Assembly (NCBI GenBank): GCA_947481595.1
Contig: CANKHC010000001.1
Location: 1 to 48,005 of the forward strand
Origin: Fidelibacterota bacterium
GTDB lineage: Bacteria; Pseudomonadota; Alphaproteobacteria; Rhodospirillales; Rhodospirillaceae
Direction of reading: 5' to 3'
DNA: 48,005 nucleotides
Part shown: positions 16,631 to 26,306 of the stretch, in pieces
Position numbering within the stretch: position 1 is the stretch's first letter
Layout: every line of letters starts with the position of its first letter
The notes under the pieces: generated by a model
Told to the model about the DNA's origin: nothing
What the model saw: only the letters and a program-made list of their open reading frames with translations
Databases searched by the model: none
Made by a program: the position numbers and the translations under genes

Positions 16631-17437
16631 AACGCATCCCTGTGCACCGCCGCCCCATTTTGGCCCGTCTTGGGCAAAAAGCAGAATTTGCTCGAGAAAA
16701 TCACTGTCCCCGGTATCAACCCCACGCACTTCATGGCCAGCGCCCTCGACGACTACGCTTTTGGCTACTCCACCGTTTCCTGGGGCATCACATATAATAA
16801 GCAAACCACGAAGGGTCCGCGCTCCTGGCGCGACTTCTGGGACACAAGCACCTTCAAGGGCCGGCGCGCGATCTTTGGGCCCTCCATCGCCCGCCATCCC
16901 GAATATGCCCTGATGGCCGACGGGCTAACGCTGAAGGACGTCTACCCGCTCACCGACGCCAAGATCGACCGCGCTTTCGCCAAGCTGCGCGCCTTGGCGC
17001 CCGCCGTCACCGTTTGGTACCAGACCGCCGTGCAGTGCGAGCAGCTTCTGCTCGACAAGCAAATCGACATGGCCGAGTTCTTCAACGGCCGCGCCTTCTA
17101 TCTCCAGGACCAAGGCGTGCCGATCGAATACCTCTGGGACGAAGCGGTGATGAACATCCCGATGTTCGTCATGGCCAAAGGCGCGCCCAACCGCGACAAC
17201 GCGCTGGCGTTCCTGTCCTACATCGCCCGGCCCGAACCTCAGGCCGCCTTCGCCCGGATCATCAACTATGGGCCGACCAACACGCAGGCGCTGGACTTGA
17301 TCAAGGACGACAAGATTCTCTCCCGCCTGCCGACCTTCGAGCCCAACATGAAGAAGCAGATCGTGCTCGACGCCAATTGGTGGGGCGAGAACGAAAGCCG
17401 CCTGGCCCCGCGCTGGAGCCAGTTGATGGCGGGTTAA
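16631..17437 (+). pseudogene. 5'-truncated periplasmic solute-binding protein gene (PotD/PotF-like family 1 SBP)
   Basis: The translated product aligns by eye to SBPs only from about residue 95 onward (LLEKI.VPGINP...YSTVSWGITYNK...PRSWRDFWD...KGR). There is no signal peptide and no ATG. The frame opens right after a TGA at 16628-16630, and TTG at 16670 is the only start. The intact ATPase and two permease genes follow. Confidence 0.5.
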
Positions 17438-17488
17438 ATAAAGCCGCCCATTGTGTTTACAGGGCAGGGGCGCAATTCTAGCCCTCGC

Positions 17489-18523
17489 ATGTCTGCCCCC
17501 CTTTCCGGTCCGGCACTCGCCGCCCGCCATCTCGTCAAACGTTTTGGAACCGTCGCCGCCGTCGACGATGTCTCCTTTGACGTGCCGGGTGGGGCGTTCC
17601 TCTCGCTGTTGGGTCCCAGCGGCTCCGGCAAGACCACCGTCCTGCGTCTGCTCGGCGGCTTCGAGCGGCCGGACGCCGGCCACATTGATATCGGCGGCGC
17701 CGACATCACCCGGCTTCCGCCCTTCAAGCGCGACATCGGTATGGTCTTCCAGCGCTATGCGCTGTTCCCCCATATGAGTGTCGCCGACAACGTTGCCTTT
17801 CCCCTCAAGCAGCGCGGCCAGGACAACCCCGCACGCGTCGATGAGATGCTGGAAGCTGTTGGCTTGCCTGGCCTGGGCGCGCGCTTCCCGCACCAGCTCT
17901 CCGGCGGCCAACAGCAGCGCGTGGCCCTCGCACGTGCGCTGATCTTCCGCCCGCGCATTCTCTTGATGGACGAGCCGCTCGCCGCCCTCGACAAACATTT
18001 GCGCGAACGCCTGCAGGCGGAGATCCGCGCGCTGCAGCAGCGCCTTCGCATCACCACGATCTACGTCACCCATGACCAATCCGAAGCCTTCGTGATGTCA
18101 GACCTGGTCGCCGTGATGAATGCGGGGAAAATTGAGCAGATCGGTCCGCCGCGCACACTCTATGATTCCCCGCGCACTGCCTTCGTCGCCCAGTTTGTCG
18201 GCGACTCAAACCTCTTCACCGGCACACCCGCTGGTCCAGGCGCCTTGAAACTCAGCAGCGGCGAAGTCCTGCGCGCGGCGGACACGGTCAACGCTCCGCG
18301 TACGCTGATCGTGCGTCCCGAACGCATCACGCTGGGTGCCAGCGGTGGCAACACCCTACGCGGCGTTGTCACTGAGGTGCGCTTCCTTGGCGAGGCCACC
18401 GTCACCCGCGTGCGGGCCGCCGGCCAGGACGTCACCGTGCGCACGCCAGGTGCCCCGACGCTCAGCCCCGGCGCCGAAGTGACCCTGGCTTTCGACATCG
18501 CCGACACCGTGGCCTTGCCATGA
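17489..18523 (+). CDS. ABC transporter ATP-binding protein (PotA-like, with C-terminal TOBE-like domain)
   Basis: Walker [10 protein letters not shown], signature [15 protein letters not shown], Walker B ILLMDEPL, and H-loop YVTHDQ. Confidence 0.9.
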   Translation: MSAPLSGPALAARHLVKRFGTVAAVDDVSFDVPGGAFLSLLGPSGSGKTTVLRLLGGFERPDAGHIDIGGADITRLPPFKRDIGMVFQRYALFPHMSVADNVAFPLKQRGQDNPARVDEMLEAVGLPGLGARFPHQLSGGQQQRVALARALIFRPRILLMDEPLAALDKHLRERLQAEIRALQQRLRITTIYVTHDQSEAFVMSDLVAVMNAGKIEQIGPPRTLYDSPRTAFVAQFVGDSNLFTGTPAGPGALKLSSGEVLRAADTVNAPRTLIVRPERITLGASGGNTLRGVVTEVRFLGEATVTRVRAAGQDVTVRTPGAPTLSPGAEVTLAFDIADTVALP

Positions 18524-19332
18524 AGAGCCGCGCGCCGCTGCTGCTGATCCCCGCGCTGCTGCTCATCGGCGTGCTCTACTTCATCCCGCTCTTGCGCCTG
18601 ATGGGTCTCAGCTTCGGCGAGAGCGGCTTCTCCTTCGCCGCCTATCAGGAGCTTTTCTCAGCCTGGGCCTACGGCGGCATCCTCTGGCGCACCTTCCGCA
18701 TCGGCGCCTTCGTGGTGCTGGTCACCTTGGCCTTGGGCTATCCCATCGCCTATGTGCTGGCTTTCTCCAGCCCGCGCGTGCGCGCGCTCATCTCACTCCT
18801 CGTCCTCTTGCCCTTCTGGACCAGCGTCTTGGTGCGTACCTTCGCCTGGATCTACCTCTTACGGGACGGTGGTGTGGTCAGTTCCGCCTTGGGCCTGTTC
18901 GGCGATCAGTCGGTGCGCGTGCTCTACAACGACATCGGCGTGGTCATCGGCATGAGCAACACGTTGCTGCCGTTCATGGTCTTCCCAATCTTCGTTGCCC
19001 TTTCCGCCCAGGACCGCTCCTTACGCGAAGCCGCCGCCAGCCTCGGCGCCACGCCGGCCGCGGTCTTTCGCCGCGTTACGTTGCCGCTCAGCCGCAACGG
19101 CATCTTCGCCGGTGCCTTGCTGGTCTTCGCGTCTGCCGTGGGCTTCTTCATCACGCCGGCCTTGCTCGGCGGCGGGCGTGTGCTGATGGCCGCCACCTTC
19201 GTCACCCAGCAGGTCGAGGAATTCCTCAACTGGCCCCTCGCTGCCGCCGCCTCGCTGATCCTGTTCGCCGTCGTTGCCGTGCTGGTGGCCCTCTATCGCC
19301 GCATCCCGGGGGCAGATCATGTTACGGGCTGA
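18520..19332 (+). CDS. ABC transporter permease (PotB-like)
   Basis: Six predicted TM segments and an EAA-like loop (REAAASLGATPAAVFRRVTLPL). Its ATG overlaps the ATPase stop (ATGA). Confidence 0.9.
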   Translation: MKSRAPLLLIPALLLIGVLYFIPLLRLMGLSFGESGFSFAAYQELFSAWAYGGILWRTFRIGAFVVLVTLALGYPIAYVLAFSSPRVRALISLLVLLPFWTSVLVRTFAWIYLLRDGGVVSSALGLFGDQSVRVLYNDIGVVIGMSNTLLPFMVFPIFVALSAQDRSLREAAASLGATPAAVFRRVTLPLSRNGIFAGALLVFASAVGFFITPALLGGGRVLMAATFVTQQVEEFLNWPLAAAASLILFAVVAVLVALYRRIPGADHVTG

Positions 19333-20110
19333 ACACGGTTGGGTGAGTTACACCTTCCGCGCCGTCGCGGCGCTGGGCTTGGTTTTTCTCCTCGCGCCGC
19401 TGGCGATGATGTTTCCGCTCTCGCTCGAACCCGGCACCATGCTGCGGTTCCCGCCGGTGGGCGCCTCGACCCACTGGTACGCCGACTATCTCGGCAACCG
19501 CGCATGGCTCGCCTCAACGCTGCTCAGTTTCCAGATCGCGCTGGGCGCGGCGCTGATCGCCACTATCGCCGGCACGCTCGCCGCTGTGGGCCTCGCGCGC
19601 ATGGAAGCGCGCTGGCGCGGCCTCGTCACACTTATATTGATGAGCCCCATCTTCCTGCCGACTGTGGTGATCGCCGTGGCGGTCTACGGCGTTTACGCTT
19701 CCTTTCGCCTGGTCGGCACCCCGCTAGGCCTGGTGGCGGCGCACGCTGTTCTCACAATCCCCTTCGTGCTGCTCAACGTCTCCGCGGCCCTTGCCGCAGC
19801 ACCCAAGGTTCTCGAAGAAGCCGCCATGAGTCTTGGTGCCAGCCCTATCGCCACCTTCCGCCAGGTCACCATGCCGCTCATCGGCAAAGGCATCGCCGCC
19901 GGCGCGGTGTTCTCCTTCCTGGTGTCCTTCGATGAGGTGGTGATCGCCAAGTTCCTCGCCGGCTCCGGCGCGGTCACCCTGCCCAAACGCATGCTCGACG
20001 GCATCTTTTACGAGATGACGCCGATGCTGGCTGCCATCTCGGTCCTGCTCGTGCTCATGAATGTGGCCTTGGCCCTCATCGGCCTGGCCCTCGCGCGGCC
20101 GCGCGCCTGA
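19319..20110 (+). CDS. ABC transporter permease (PotC-like)
   Basis: TM-rich, with the EAA loop EEAAMSLGASPIATFRQVTMPL. The start was set to the ATG at 19319, overlapping the previous gene by 14 nt. Confidence 0.85.
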   Translation: MLRAEHGWVSYTFRAVAALGLVFLLAPLAMMFPLSLEPGTMLRFPPVGASTHWYADYLGNRAWLASTLLSFQIALGAALIATIAGTLAAVGLARMEARWRGLVTLILMSPIFLPTVVIAVAVYGVYASFRLVGTPLGLVAAHAVLTIPFVLLNVSAALAAAPKVLEEAAMSLGASPIATFRQVTMPLIGKGIAAGAVFSFLVSFDEVVIAKFLAGSGAVTLPKRMLDGIFYEMTPMLAAISVLLVLMNVALALIGLALARPRA

Positions 20111-20113
20111 AGG

Positions 20114-20311
20114 CTACTTCTTCTTTGCCGACTTCTTCTTGGGTACCTTCTTGCCCTTGGCGCGCGCCTCCGACAGGCCGATGGCGATGGCCTGCTTGCG
20201 GCTTTTCACCTTGCCGCCTTTGCCGCCGGGCCCGCTCTTGAGCGTGCCCTTCTTGCGCTTATGCATCGCGCGCTCAACATCCTTGGAAGCGCTCTCGGAA
20301 TACTTTGCCAT
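20114..20311 (-). CDS. Small lysine-rich basic protein (KSRKQAIAIGLSEA family, DUF6496-like)
   Basis: MAKYSESASKDVERAMHKRKKGTLKSGPGGKGGKVKSRKQAIAIGLSEARAKGKKVPKKK matches a small conserved family as I recall it. ATG at 20309-20311 has GGAGG 7 nt upstream. An exact GGAAC-N16-CGTT motif lies upstream. Confidence 0.7.
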   Translation of the reverse strand: MAKYSESASKDVERAMHKRKKGTLKSGPGGKGGKVKSRKQAIAIGLSEARAKGKKVPKKKSAKKK

Positions 20312-20340
20312 GTTCAAACCTCCGTTGCCGCCTCAGCGGT

Positions 20341-20365
20341 AACGGGAGGTCCATAACAAGGTTCC
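20341..20365 (-). promoter_or_regulatory. Candidate EcfG-type promoter: GGAAC-N16-CGTT
   Basis: The minus strand reads GGAAC-CTTGTTATGGACCTCC-CGTT. The plus strand has GTTCC at 20361-20365 and AACG at 20341-20344. It starts immediately after the upstream TBDR stop and ends about 30 nt before the K-rich protein ATG. Confidence 0.55.
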
Positions 20366-22351
20366 TTAGAAGTCGACCGCCAAGGACAGCTCGAAGCGCC
20401 GCCCATCAAGCGACTGTAGCCGGCCCGTATCGCTCGGCGTCAGCACATAGGCGTTCGTCAAATTGAACGTCTGCAGGCGCGCGGTGACATTGCGTCCCGC
20501 GACCATCGTGGTGTAGCGCGCACCGGCATCGATCACCACCGCAGACGGCAGCCGGATGGTCGCCGTGGCGTCGCGGGCCGACGTGCTTTCGACCTTGGCG
20601 TCGAACGCCAGGCCTTCCAGGAAGTGCGGCCGGTACTGCACGTTGACGCGCACGAGGCCTGGCACCGGGCCCACGGCTGTGCTCGTCCCCGTTGTCGCCT
20701 GCACCTTCGGGTCGATGAACGTTCCGCCGGCGACGATGGTCAGTTCATCTGTGATATTGCCGGCCAGCGAGATTTCAGCGCCCTTGTTGCTGGTGGTGCC
20801 CAGCTGGCGGTAGAAGTTGGCGGCATCCAAGCCGAAGTAGGGCTTCTCGATCTTGAACACCCCGGCCACCAACGTGAGGCGCGGGGTCACCAGATAGCGC
20901 ACGCCGGCATCGAGCTGTTTGGTCAACTGCGCCGGCACCACTTCGTCGCGGTTGGCGGCGTTCAAGGGCGCGCTGCCGATCTCTTCGAAGCCGCGCGTGA
21001 AGCTGCCATAGACCACGAACTTCGTGGAAAGATAGCCGGCCGCGGCGACGTTATAGAGCCAAGGCCGGCTCTTGCCCGAAAGCACGGGTGCTGCCGGTGC
21101 GGCAACGGTGCGGTGATAAAAAGTCTTCTGCAGCCCGAGGCTGAGCTGTCCGACGCCCGCCCACACACCGTCATAGCCGAGTGCCGGCGTCGCTTGCTCG
21201 GCCTTCACGACGGTGCCTTGGCGCAGGTTGAACGCAGGCTTGGCGATCTGCGGCACCGACCAGATCGAGCCTGGACCGATCACGATCGTATCGGCGCCGC
21301 CCGAGGCGCTGCTGCGGTCGCGCGCTTTGAAGCTCGCATAAAAGGTATTGCGCAAGACCTCCGTGTCGAAGCGCTGCGCGAAGCGCACTTCACCCGATGT
21401 GGATCCGAACCGCGCCGGCGGGACAGCGGAGACGGCATAGGTGCCTTGTCCCAAGCTGTTGGTGTCGCGCAGCAACGGGTCGTAGTTGACCGGCGAGTGC
21501 GCCGTGGATCGGAACACGCCGGCATCGATCGACCAGCCGCCTTCGGGCGCATAGCGCGTCGTGAAGCCGTAGTTGCCGGACTTGAAGGCGTAGTCGGCCC
21601 AGGACTGCGGATCCGCATCGACGGGGCGATAGCGCGGATAACCGGAATTGCCGATGAGGACGTGCAGCGTGTCGGCGCGTTCCTCGTGGTCGGTGTAGCT
21701 CCAGAACGGTGTGACCACGAGCGCGTCATTCGGCTGCCAGCGCGCCAGCGCGCCCGCACTCCATTCCCACGAGCGCTCCGATATCCGATAACTGTTGTTG
21801 CGCGCATAACCGACGCCGCCGCCGATGCTGAGCACGTCGCCGCCGACGGGTGCTTGGAAATCCGCTTCCGCATAAGCCTGGTCGTAGCTGCCATATCCCA
21901 GCAGCACGCCACCGGCCGTTTCATCGCCTGGAATGCGCAAGTGATAGTCGATCACGCCGGTGGGTGCCGGAAACGGATAGCCTTGCGCAGCGATGCCGAC
22001 ATGCACCGACGAGCCGCGCACCACGCGCGTGTTCAGCCGCGCCTGCTGTGCCTGATCATAATAGAGTCCGTCGATACGCAGATTGCCGGCCTGCATCGGA
22101 CTAAAGCCGCGGGCACTGCCCGACGAATAAAGCCCGATCTCTTCGCGCCCAACCGAGGTGCCGAACGCATCGCTCGCTTCGGCGACGGCATTCTCCTTCG
22201 CGCGCTGCGCACTTGCGCTTTCGGCATAGGACAAAAATGCAACAGCAGCGATGCATTGCACAAAAATTGGCCTCAGGTGCCGCGTGGCATTTTTGCATCG
22301 CTTGTTTGGAAACAACCGGACTTGGGCTAGCGAACGGACAACGCTCATCAA
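20366..22351 (-). CDS. TonB-dependent receptor
   Basis: Signal peptide (AAVAFLSYAESASAQ) and a plug-like region (FGTSVGREEIGLYSSGSARGFSP...LRIDGLYY). Long beta-rich barrel ending ...FELSLAVDF. Confidence 0.8.
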   Translation of the reverse strand: MMSVVRSLAQVRLFPNKRCKNATRHLRPIFVQCIAAVAFLSYAESASAQRAKENAVAEASDAFGTSVGREEIGLYSSGSARGFSPMQAGNLRIDGLYYDQAQQARLNTRVVRGSSVHVGIAAQGYPFPAPTGVIDYHLRIPGDETAGGVLLGYGSYDQAYAEADFQAPVGGDVLSIGGGVGYARNNSYRISERSWEWSAGALARWQPNDALVVTPFWSYTDHEERADTLHVLIGNSGYPRYRPVDADPQSWADYAFKSGNYGFTTRYAPEGGWSIDAGVFRSTAHSPVNYDPLLRDTNSLGQGTYAVSAVPPARFGSTSGEVRFAQRFDTEVLRNTFYASFKARDRSSASGGADTIVIGPGSIWSVPQIAKPAFNLRQGTVVKAEQATPALGYDGVWAGVGQLSLGLQKTFYHRTVAAPAAPVLSGKSRPWLYNVAAAGYLSTKFVVYGSFTRGFEEIGSAPLNAANRDEVVPAQLTKQLDAGVRYLVTPRLTLVAGVFKIEKPYFGLDAANFYRQLGTTSNKGAEISLAGNITDELTIVAGGTFIDPKVQATTGTSTAVGPVPGLVRVNVQYRPHFLEGLAFDAKVESTSARDATATIRLPSAVVIDAGARYTTMVAGRNVTARLQTFNLTNAYVLTPSDTGRLQSLDGRRFELSLAVDF

Positions 22352-22697
22352 TACCTCTTTATTTTGTCCGTACCTTCAGGGCATGGTGCGAACGCATTTG
22401 ACGTGCCGGATGAACGACAAATCGTTGTGCTGTGCGGTGTGAATGTCATCCCCGGCCTCGGGGGTATACAGGCCCGGCCTGCAAAACACGTAGGCGGATC
22501 GTTACTTGGTTACTATACCGGCCTGTTATGGCATTCCCGCTAATTCATGACTTTGTCGCGTGTATTCCTGACGTTAAATCTACTCGCGAGCCAATTCACC
22601 GGTGCGCTCGCGGGAGTGAAGCGCCGGTGTTTACCCTGCCATCGCGCAGGTTTTTCGTTTCAACCGCTTGTTTGACCACCACCATAAGGGGGGGAAC

Positions 22698-25637
22698 ATG
22701 ACTACATCGATCAGCCGCGCCCGCGGCTTCTTCAAAATTGCGACGCTTTCAACCGTCAGCGCCGTTGCGCTTGCGGTCGGCGCTTCACAGGTTGTCTTCG
22801 CGCAGGACCAATCCGCGCAGGGCGATCTCCAGGAAGTCGTTGTCACCGGTACGCGCATTATTCGCGACGGCTATCAGGCGCCGACACCGCTCACGGTTGT
22901 CACCGCTGAAGCGCTCGCCGCCGGCACCGCCACGGCCAACGTCGCCGACACGCTCAACACCATGCCGGTGTTCGCCAACAGCACCTCCCCCTCCAGCGCG
23001 TCGAACGGCGTCTCAGGCGGTACGCAAGGTCTGAACGTGCTCAACCTGCGCGGCATGGGCGGCACCCGCACCCTGACGCTGCTCGATGGCCAGCGTTCGG
23101 TGCCCGCCCTGTTCAGCGGCGAAGTCGACGTCAACAACTTCCCGCAGCAGCTCATCTCGCGCGTCGACACCGTCACCGGTGGCGGCTCGGCTGTGTACGG
23201 CTCGGACGCCATCGCCGGCGTCGTCAACTTCATCCTCGACAAGCAGTTCACGGGCATCAAAGGCGAAGTCTCGGCCGGTGAAACCAGCTACGGCGACGAC
23301 CAGAACTACAAGGTCTCGCTCGCCGGTGGCTTCGGCTTCGGCGGCGACCGCGGCCACGTGCTGTTGTCGGCGGAAATGGCCGATCGCGACGGCATCACGC
23401 CGGGCGACGGTGGCCGCAAGTGGAACAACAAGGGTTGGGGTATCATGACCAACCCGGCCTACGGCACGGGCGCTGGCCAATCGACCACGGTTCCGGAACA
23501 GCTGGTTCTCGAGAAGATCTCGCTCAGCAACGCCACCCATGGCGGCATCATCATCTCCGGTCCGCTCAAGGGCATCGCCTTCGGCAACGGCGGCACGCCT
23601 TATGCCTTCAACTACGGTCCGCTGACTCTGGATCCGTGGATGCAGGGCGGCGACTGGCAGTCGACCGAAATCCGCCACGACCGTTCGGGCACGCTCGAGC
23701 CGTCGAACCTGCGCCACAACGCCTTCCTGCGTGTGGCCTATGACGTCACCGACACCATGAATGTCTACGCTCAGGCGTCATGGGGCGACAACATCACCTA
23801 TACCTCCACCTGGCCCCCGTTCCAGGCCGGCAACGGCATGACGATCCTGTCGGGCAACCCGTTCATCCCCGCCTCGGTACAGGCGCAGATGACGGCCGCG
23901 GGCGTCACGCAGTTCCGCATCGGCAGCATGAATTACGACATGCCGAACGTCGGCAACCGCGCCAAGCGCAACACCACCCGCTACGTGGTCGGTATCGATG
24001 GCCGCTTCGATGCCATGGAAACCAGCTGGTCGTGGAACGCCTACTACCAGCGCGGCCAAACCCGCGCGGCGACGGACGTCGAGAACGTGATGAACATCAC
24101 GCGCTGGACGGCAGCGTCTGACGCGGTCACCGTGACCTCGGCGAACGTCGGCACTTCGGGCCTGCGCATCGGCTCGATCGCCTGCCGTTCGACGCTCACC
24201 AACCCGACCAACGGCTGCTCGCCGTGGAACAACCTGGGTGTTGGCGTCAACGACGCAGCCGGCCTGAAGTACATCACCGGCCTCAGCCACGTGAACCAGG
24301 TCATCAAGCAGAACGTGTTCGCCGCGTCCGTCACCGGCGAGCCGCTCTCGACCTGGGCTGGTCCGGTCTCCGTCGCCCTCTCGCTCGAACACCGCAGCGA
24401 AAGCGCCGTTGGTAAGCCCGATCCGGCCCCCGGCACCTACGGCACCTGGTTCGCCGGCAACTTCTCCAACTTCGCCGGTAAGAACCACGTCACCGAAGGT
24501 GCCGCGGAAACCGTCGTTCCGCTGGCCAAGGACGAAGAATGGGCCCGCGCGCTCGACGTCAACGCCGCCGTTCGCGTCACCGACTACAAGCTGTCGGGCA
24601 TCGTCGTCACCTGGAAGGGCGGCGCGGTCTACACGCCGATCGACGACATCAAGTTCCGCGGTACGGTGTCGCGCGACATCCGTGCGCCTAACTTCAACGA
24701 ACTGTTCGCCGTCAGCAATTCGGGCTTCCGTTCGGCCTTCGACCCCTTCACCAACACCACCCCTCAGTTCTTCGGCGAGAACAAGGGTAACCTGAACCTG
24801 CAACCCGAAAAGGCCACCACCACCGAATTCGGCGTCGTCCTGTCGCCGCAGTTCGCTTCGGGCCTGACCTTGTCGGTCGACTACTGGCACATCAAGTTGA
24901 AGGAAGCCATCGGTTCGGCGGGCGACAATCAGGTGCTCCTGTATTGCTTTCAGGGTCGCCAGGATTTCTGCTCGGCCGTCTTCCGTGATCCGCCGGCCGC
25001 CGGTCAAACGGTCGGTGTCATCAACAAGCTGACGCAGCAGCCGTTCAACCTGGCTTCGCAGCTCAAGGCCGGTATCGACGTCGAAGGCAGCTACTCCATG
25101 GATGTCGACTCGCTGGTCTCCGGTTGGGGCGGTAATCTGACCCTGCGCAGCCAGTGGACCTTCTACACCAAGAGCCAAACGGACGAAGGCCTCGGCGCCG
25201 GTCCGTACAGCACCCTTGGCAACGAAGGCCAGTTGTTCACCGGTCCGCCGCGTTGGCGTCAGGCGACGACGATCGGCTACGCGCTCGATAAGCTCCGCTC
25301 CTCGCTCACCTTCCGTGCGCAGAGCAAGGGCCAGATCGACAACCGCTACATCACTTGCACCACCGGTTGCCCGACCTCTGGCTCTGTCGCCAAGACGATC
25401 AACAGCAACTACATCCCGGGCACGTTCTACATCGACGCGTCGGTTTCCTATCTCTGGAACGTCGGCGACGCCGAAGTGGAAACTTTCTTCAACGTGCGTA
25501 ACCTGATGAACAAGGATCCGGGCGTTGTGCCGCAAGGCCCGACCGACTTCACCTACACCTATCCGCTGTCGAAGGGCTCCGTTGGCTTCGACATGCTGGG
25601 TCGCGTGCTGCGTGCCGGTGTTCGCTTTAAGATGTAA
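22698..25637 (+). CDS. TonB-dependent receptor (large, ~980 aa class)
   Basis: AAGGGGGGG RBS plus ATG at 22698 and a signal peptide. TonB box-like EVVVTGTR. Plug motifs are LNVLNLRGMGGTRTLTLLDGQR and VDTVTGGGSAVYGSDAIAGVVNFIL. Long barrel. Confidence 0.9.
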   Translation: MTTSISRARGFFKIATLSTVSAVALAVGASQVVFAQDQSAQGDLQEVVVTGTRIIRDGYQAPTPLTVVTAEALAAGTATANVADTLNTMPVFANSTSPSSASNGVSGGTQGLNVLNLRGMGGTRTLTLLDGQRSVPALFSGEVDVNNFPQQLISRVDTVTGGGSAVYGSDAIAGVVNFILDKQFTGIKGEVSAGETSYGDDQNYKVSLAGGFGFGGDRGHVLLSAEMADRDGITPGDGGRKWNNKGWGIMTNPAYGTGAGQSTTVPEQLVLEKISLSNATHGGIIISGPLKGIAFGNGGTPYAFNYGPLTLDPWMQGGDWQSTEIRHDRSGTLEPSNLRHNAFLRVAYDVTDTMNVYAQASWGDNITYTSTWPPFQAGNGMTILSGNPFIPASVQAQMTAAGVTQFRIGSMNYDMPNVGNRAKRNTTRYVVGIDGRFDAMETSWSWNAYYQRGQTRAATDVENVMNITRWTAASDAVTVTSANVGTSGLRIGSIACRSTLTNPTNGCSPWNNLGVGVNDAAGLKYITGLSHVNQVIKQNVFAASVTGEPLSTWAGPVSVALSLEHRSESAVGKPDPAPGTYGTWFAGNFSNFAGKNHVTEGAAETVVPLAKDEEWARALDVNAAVRVTDYKLSGIVVTWKGGAVYTPIDDIKFRGTVSRDIRAPNFNELFAVSNSGFRSAFDPFTNTTPQFFGENKGNLNLQPEKATTTEFGVVLSPQFASGLTLSVDYWHIKLKEAIGSAGDNQVLLYCFQGRQDFCSAVFRDPPAAGQTVGVINKLTQQPFNLASQLKAGIDVEGSYSMDVDSLVSGWGGNLTLRSQWTFYTKSQTDEGLGAGPYSTLGNEGQLFTGPPRWRQATTIGYALDKLRSSLTFRAQSKGQIDNRYITCTTGCPTSGSVAKTINSNYIPGTFYIDASVSYLWNVGDAEVETFFNVRNLMNKDPGVVPQGPTDFTYTYPLSKGSVGFDMLGRVLRAGVRFKM

Positions 25638-25670
25638 GCTGGACATCAGCGACTTAAGCTATGCCTAAAC

Positions 25671-25706
25671 GAGAGGGGGAACTTCAATTCCCCCTCTCTT
25701 CTTTTC
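25671..25706 (+). terminator. Rho-independent terminator after the TBDR gene
   Basis: GAGAGGGGGAA-CTTCAA-TTCCCCCTCTC is an 11-bp perfect stem, followed by TTCTTTTC. Confidence 0.65.
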
Positions 25707-25782
25707 ACGGCCCGGCGGTCTTAAAATGGCCTCATACCGTTGCCACATTGCTCCATCATCAAGAGCCCGAGGGAGGATACCG

Positions 25783-26271
25783 ATGAAGCTCAAAGCCCTT
25801 TGTGTTTCCACCGCGCTGATTTTCACAAGCAGTGTTGCCGGCGCCGCGGTCACACCGCCCAACCCCAAAGACCTCACCCAAGGCCATTGGGAACTCAACC
25901 TCGCCAAGTCCAAGTTCTGCAATAAGCCGCCGCAAAAAGGCGGACGCTGGATCTTCGATGCCGGCTGGGGCTTGATCGTGTTCGAGCAATCCGGCGTCAA
26001 TCCCGAAGGCAAGCCGACCAGCGGCCGCTATGTCGGCCGCTACGACGGCGACAAGTGGCCCGACATCGCCACGGGGCCGGCGCGCGAAGCCATCGTCTGG
26101 AAACAAGTCAACCCGAGCCGCGTCGAGTTCGCCCACTACGACAAGCAGGACAAGGTCACGTCGGAATATGTGCGCACCGTCACCGCCGACGGCCAACAGA
26201 TGACTCAGCACGCAAAATTCGTCGGACGTGAGTGCGAAGAAGACCAGGTCTTCGACCGCGTCAAAGATTGA
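25783..26271 (+). CDS. Small secreted protein of unknown function, paralog A
   Basis: GAGGGAGGA RBS and signal peptide MKLKALCVSTALIFTSSVAGAA. It shares PPNPKD..QG.W.L.L.KSKFC...IFDAGWGLIV...RYDG.K.P...W......EF.HYDK.DK.TS.Y.R.VTADGQQMTQ...FVG.EC....VFDR with the next gene. Confidence 0.7.
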   Translation: MKLKALCVSTALIFTSSVAGAAVTPPNPKDLTQGHWELNLAKSKFCNKPPQKGGRWIFDAGWGLIVFEQSGVNPEGKPTSGRYVGRYDGDKWPDIATGPAREAIVWKQVNPSRVEFAHYDKQDKVTSEYVRTVTADGQQMTQHAKFVGRECEEDQVFDRVKD

Positions 26272-26306
26272 CACCGTAAAAGAACGCAAAAGAACAGGAG
26301 AATCAT

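Noticed and set aside
16608-16913. 101-aa ORF starting at an ATG with a strong RBS-like CTAAGGGAGAG upstream.
   Set aside because: The translation is rich in P, R, S and T with no protein-like features. It runs out of frame over the clearly homologous SBP coding sequence. It may mark a relic start region of the disrupted SBP gene rather than a gene of its own.
22352-22697. 346-nt divergent spacer between two TonB receptor genes, inspected for a riboswitch (cobalamin, TPP) or a Fur box.
   Set aside because: I could not find a B12 box, the TPP CTGAGA...ACCTGA core or a recognisable Fur palindrome. Only generic promoter-like AT-rich stretches are present. A covariance-model scan would be needed to be sure.
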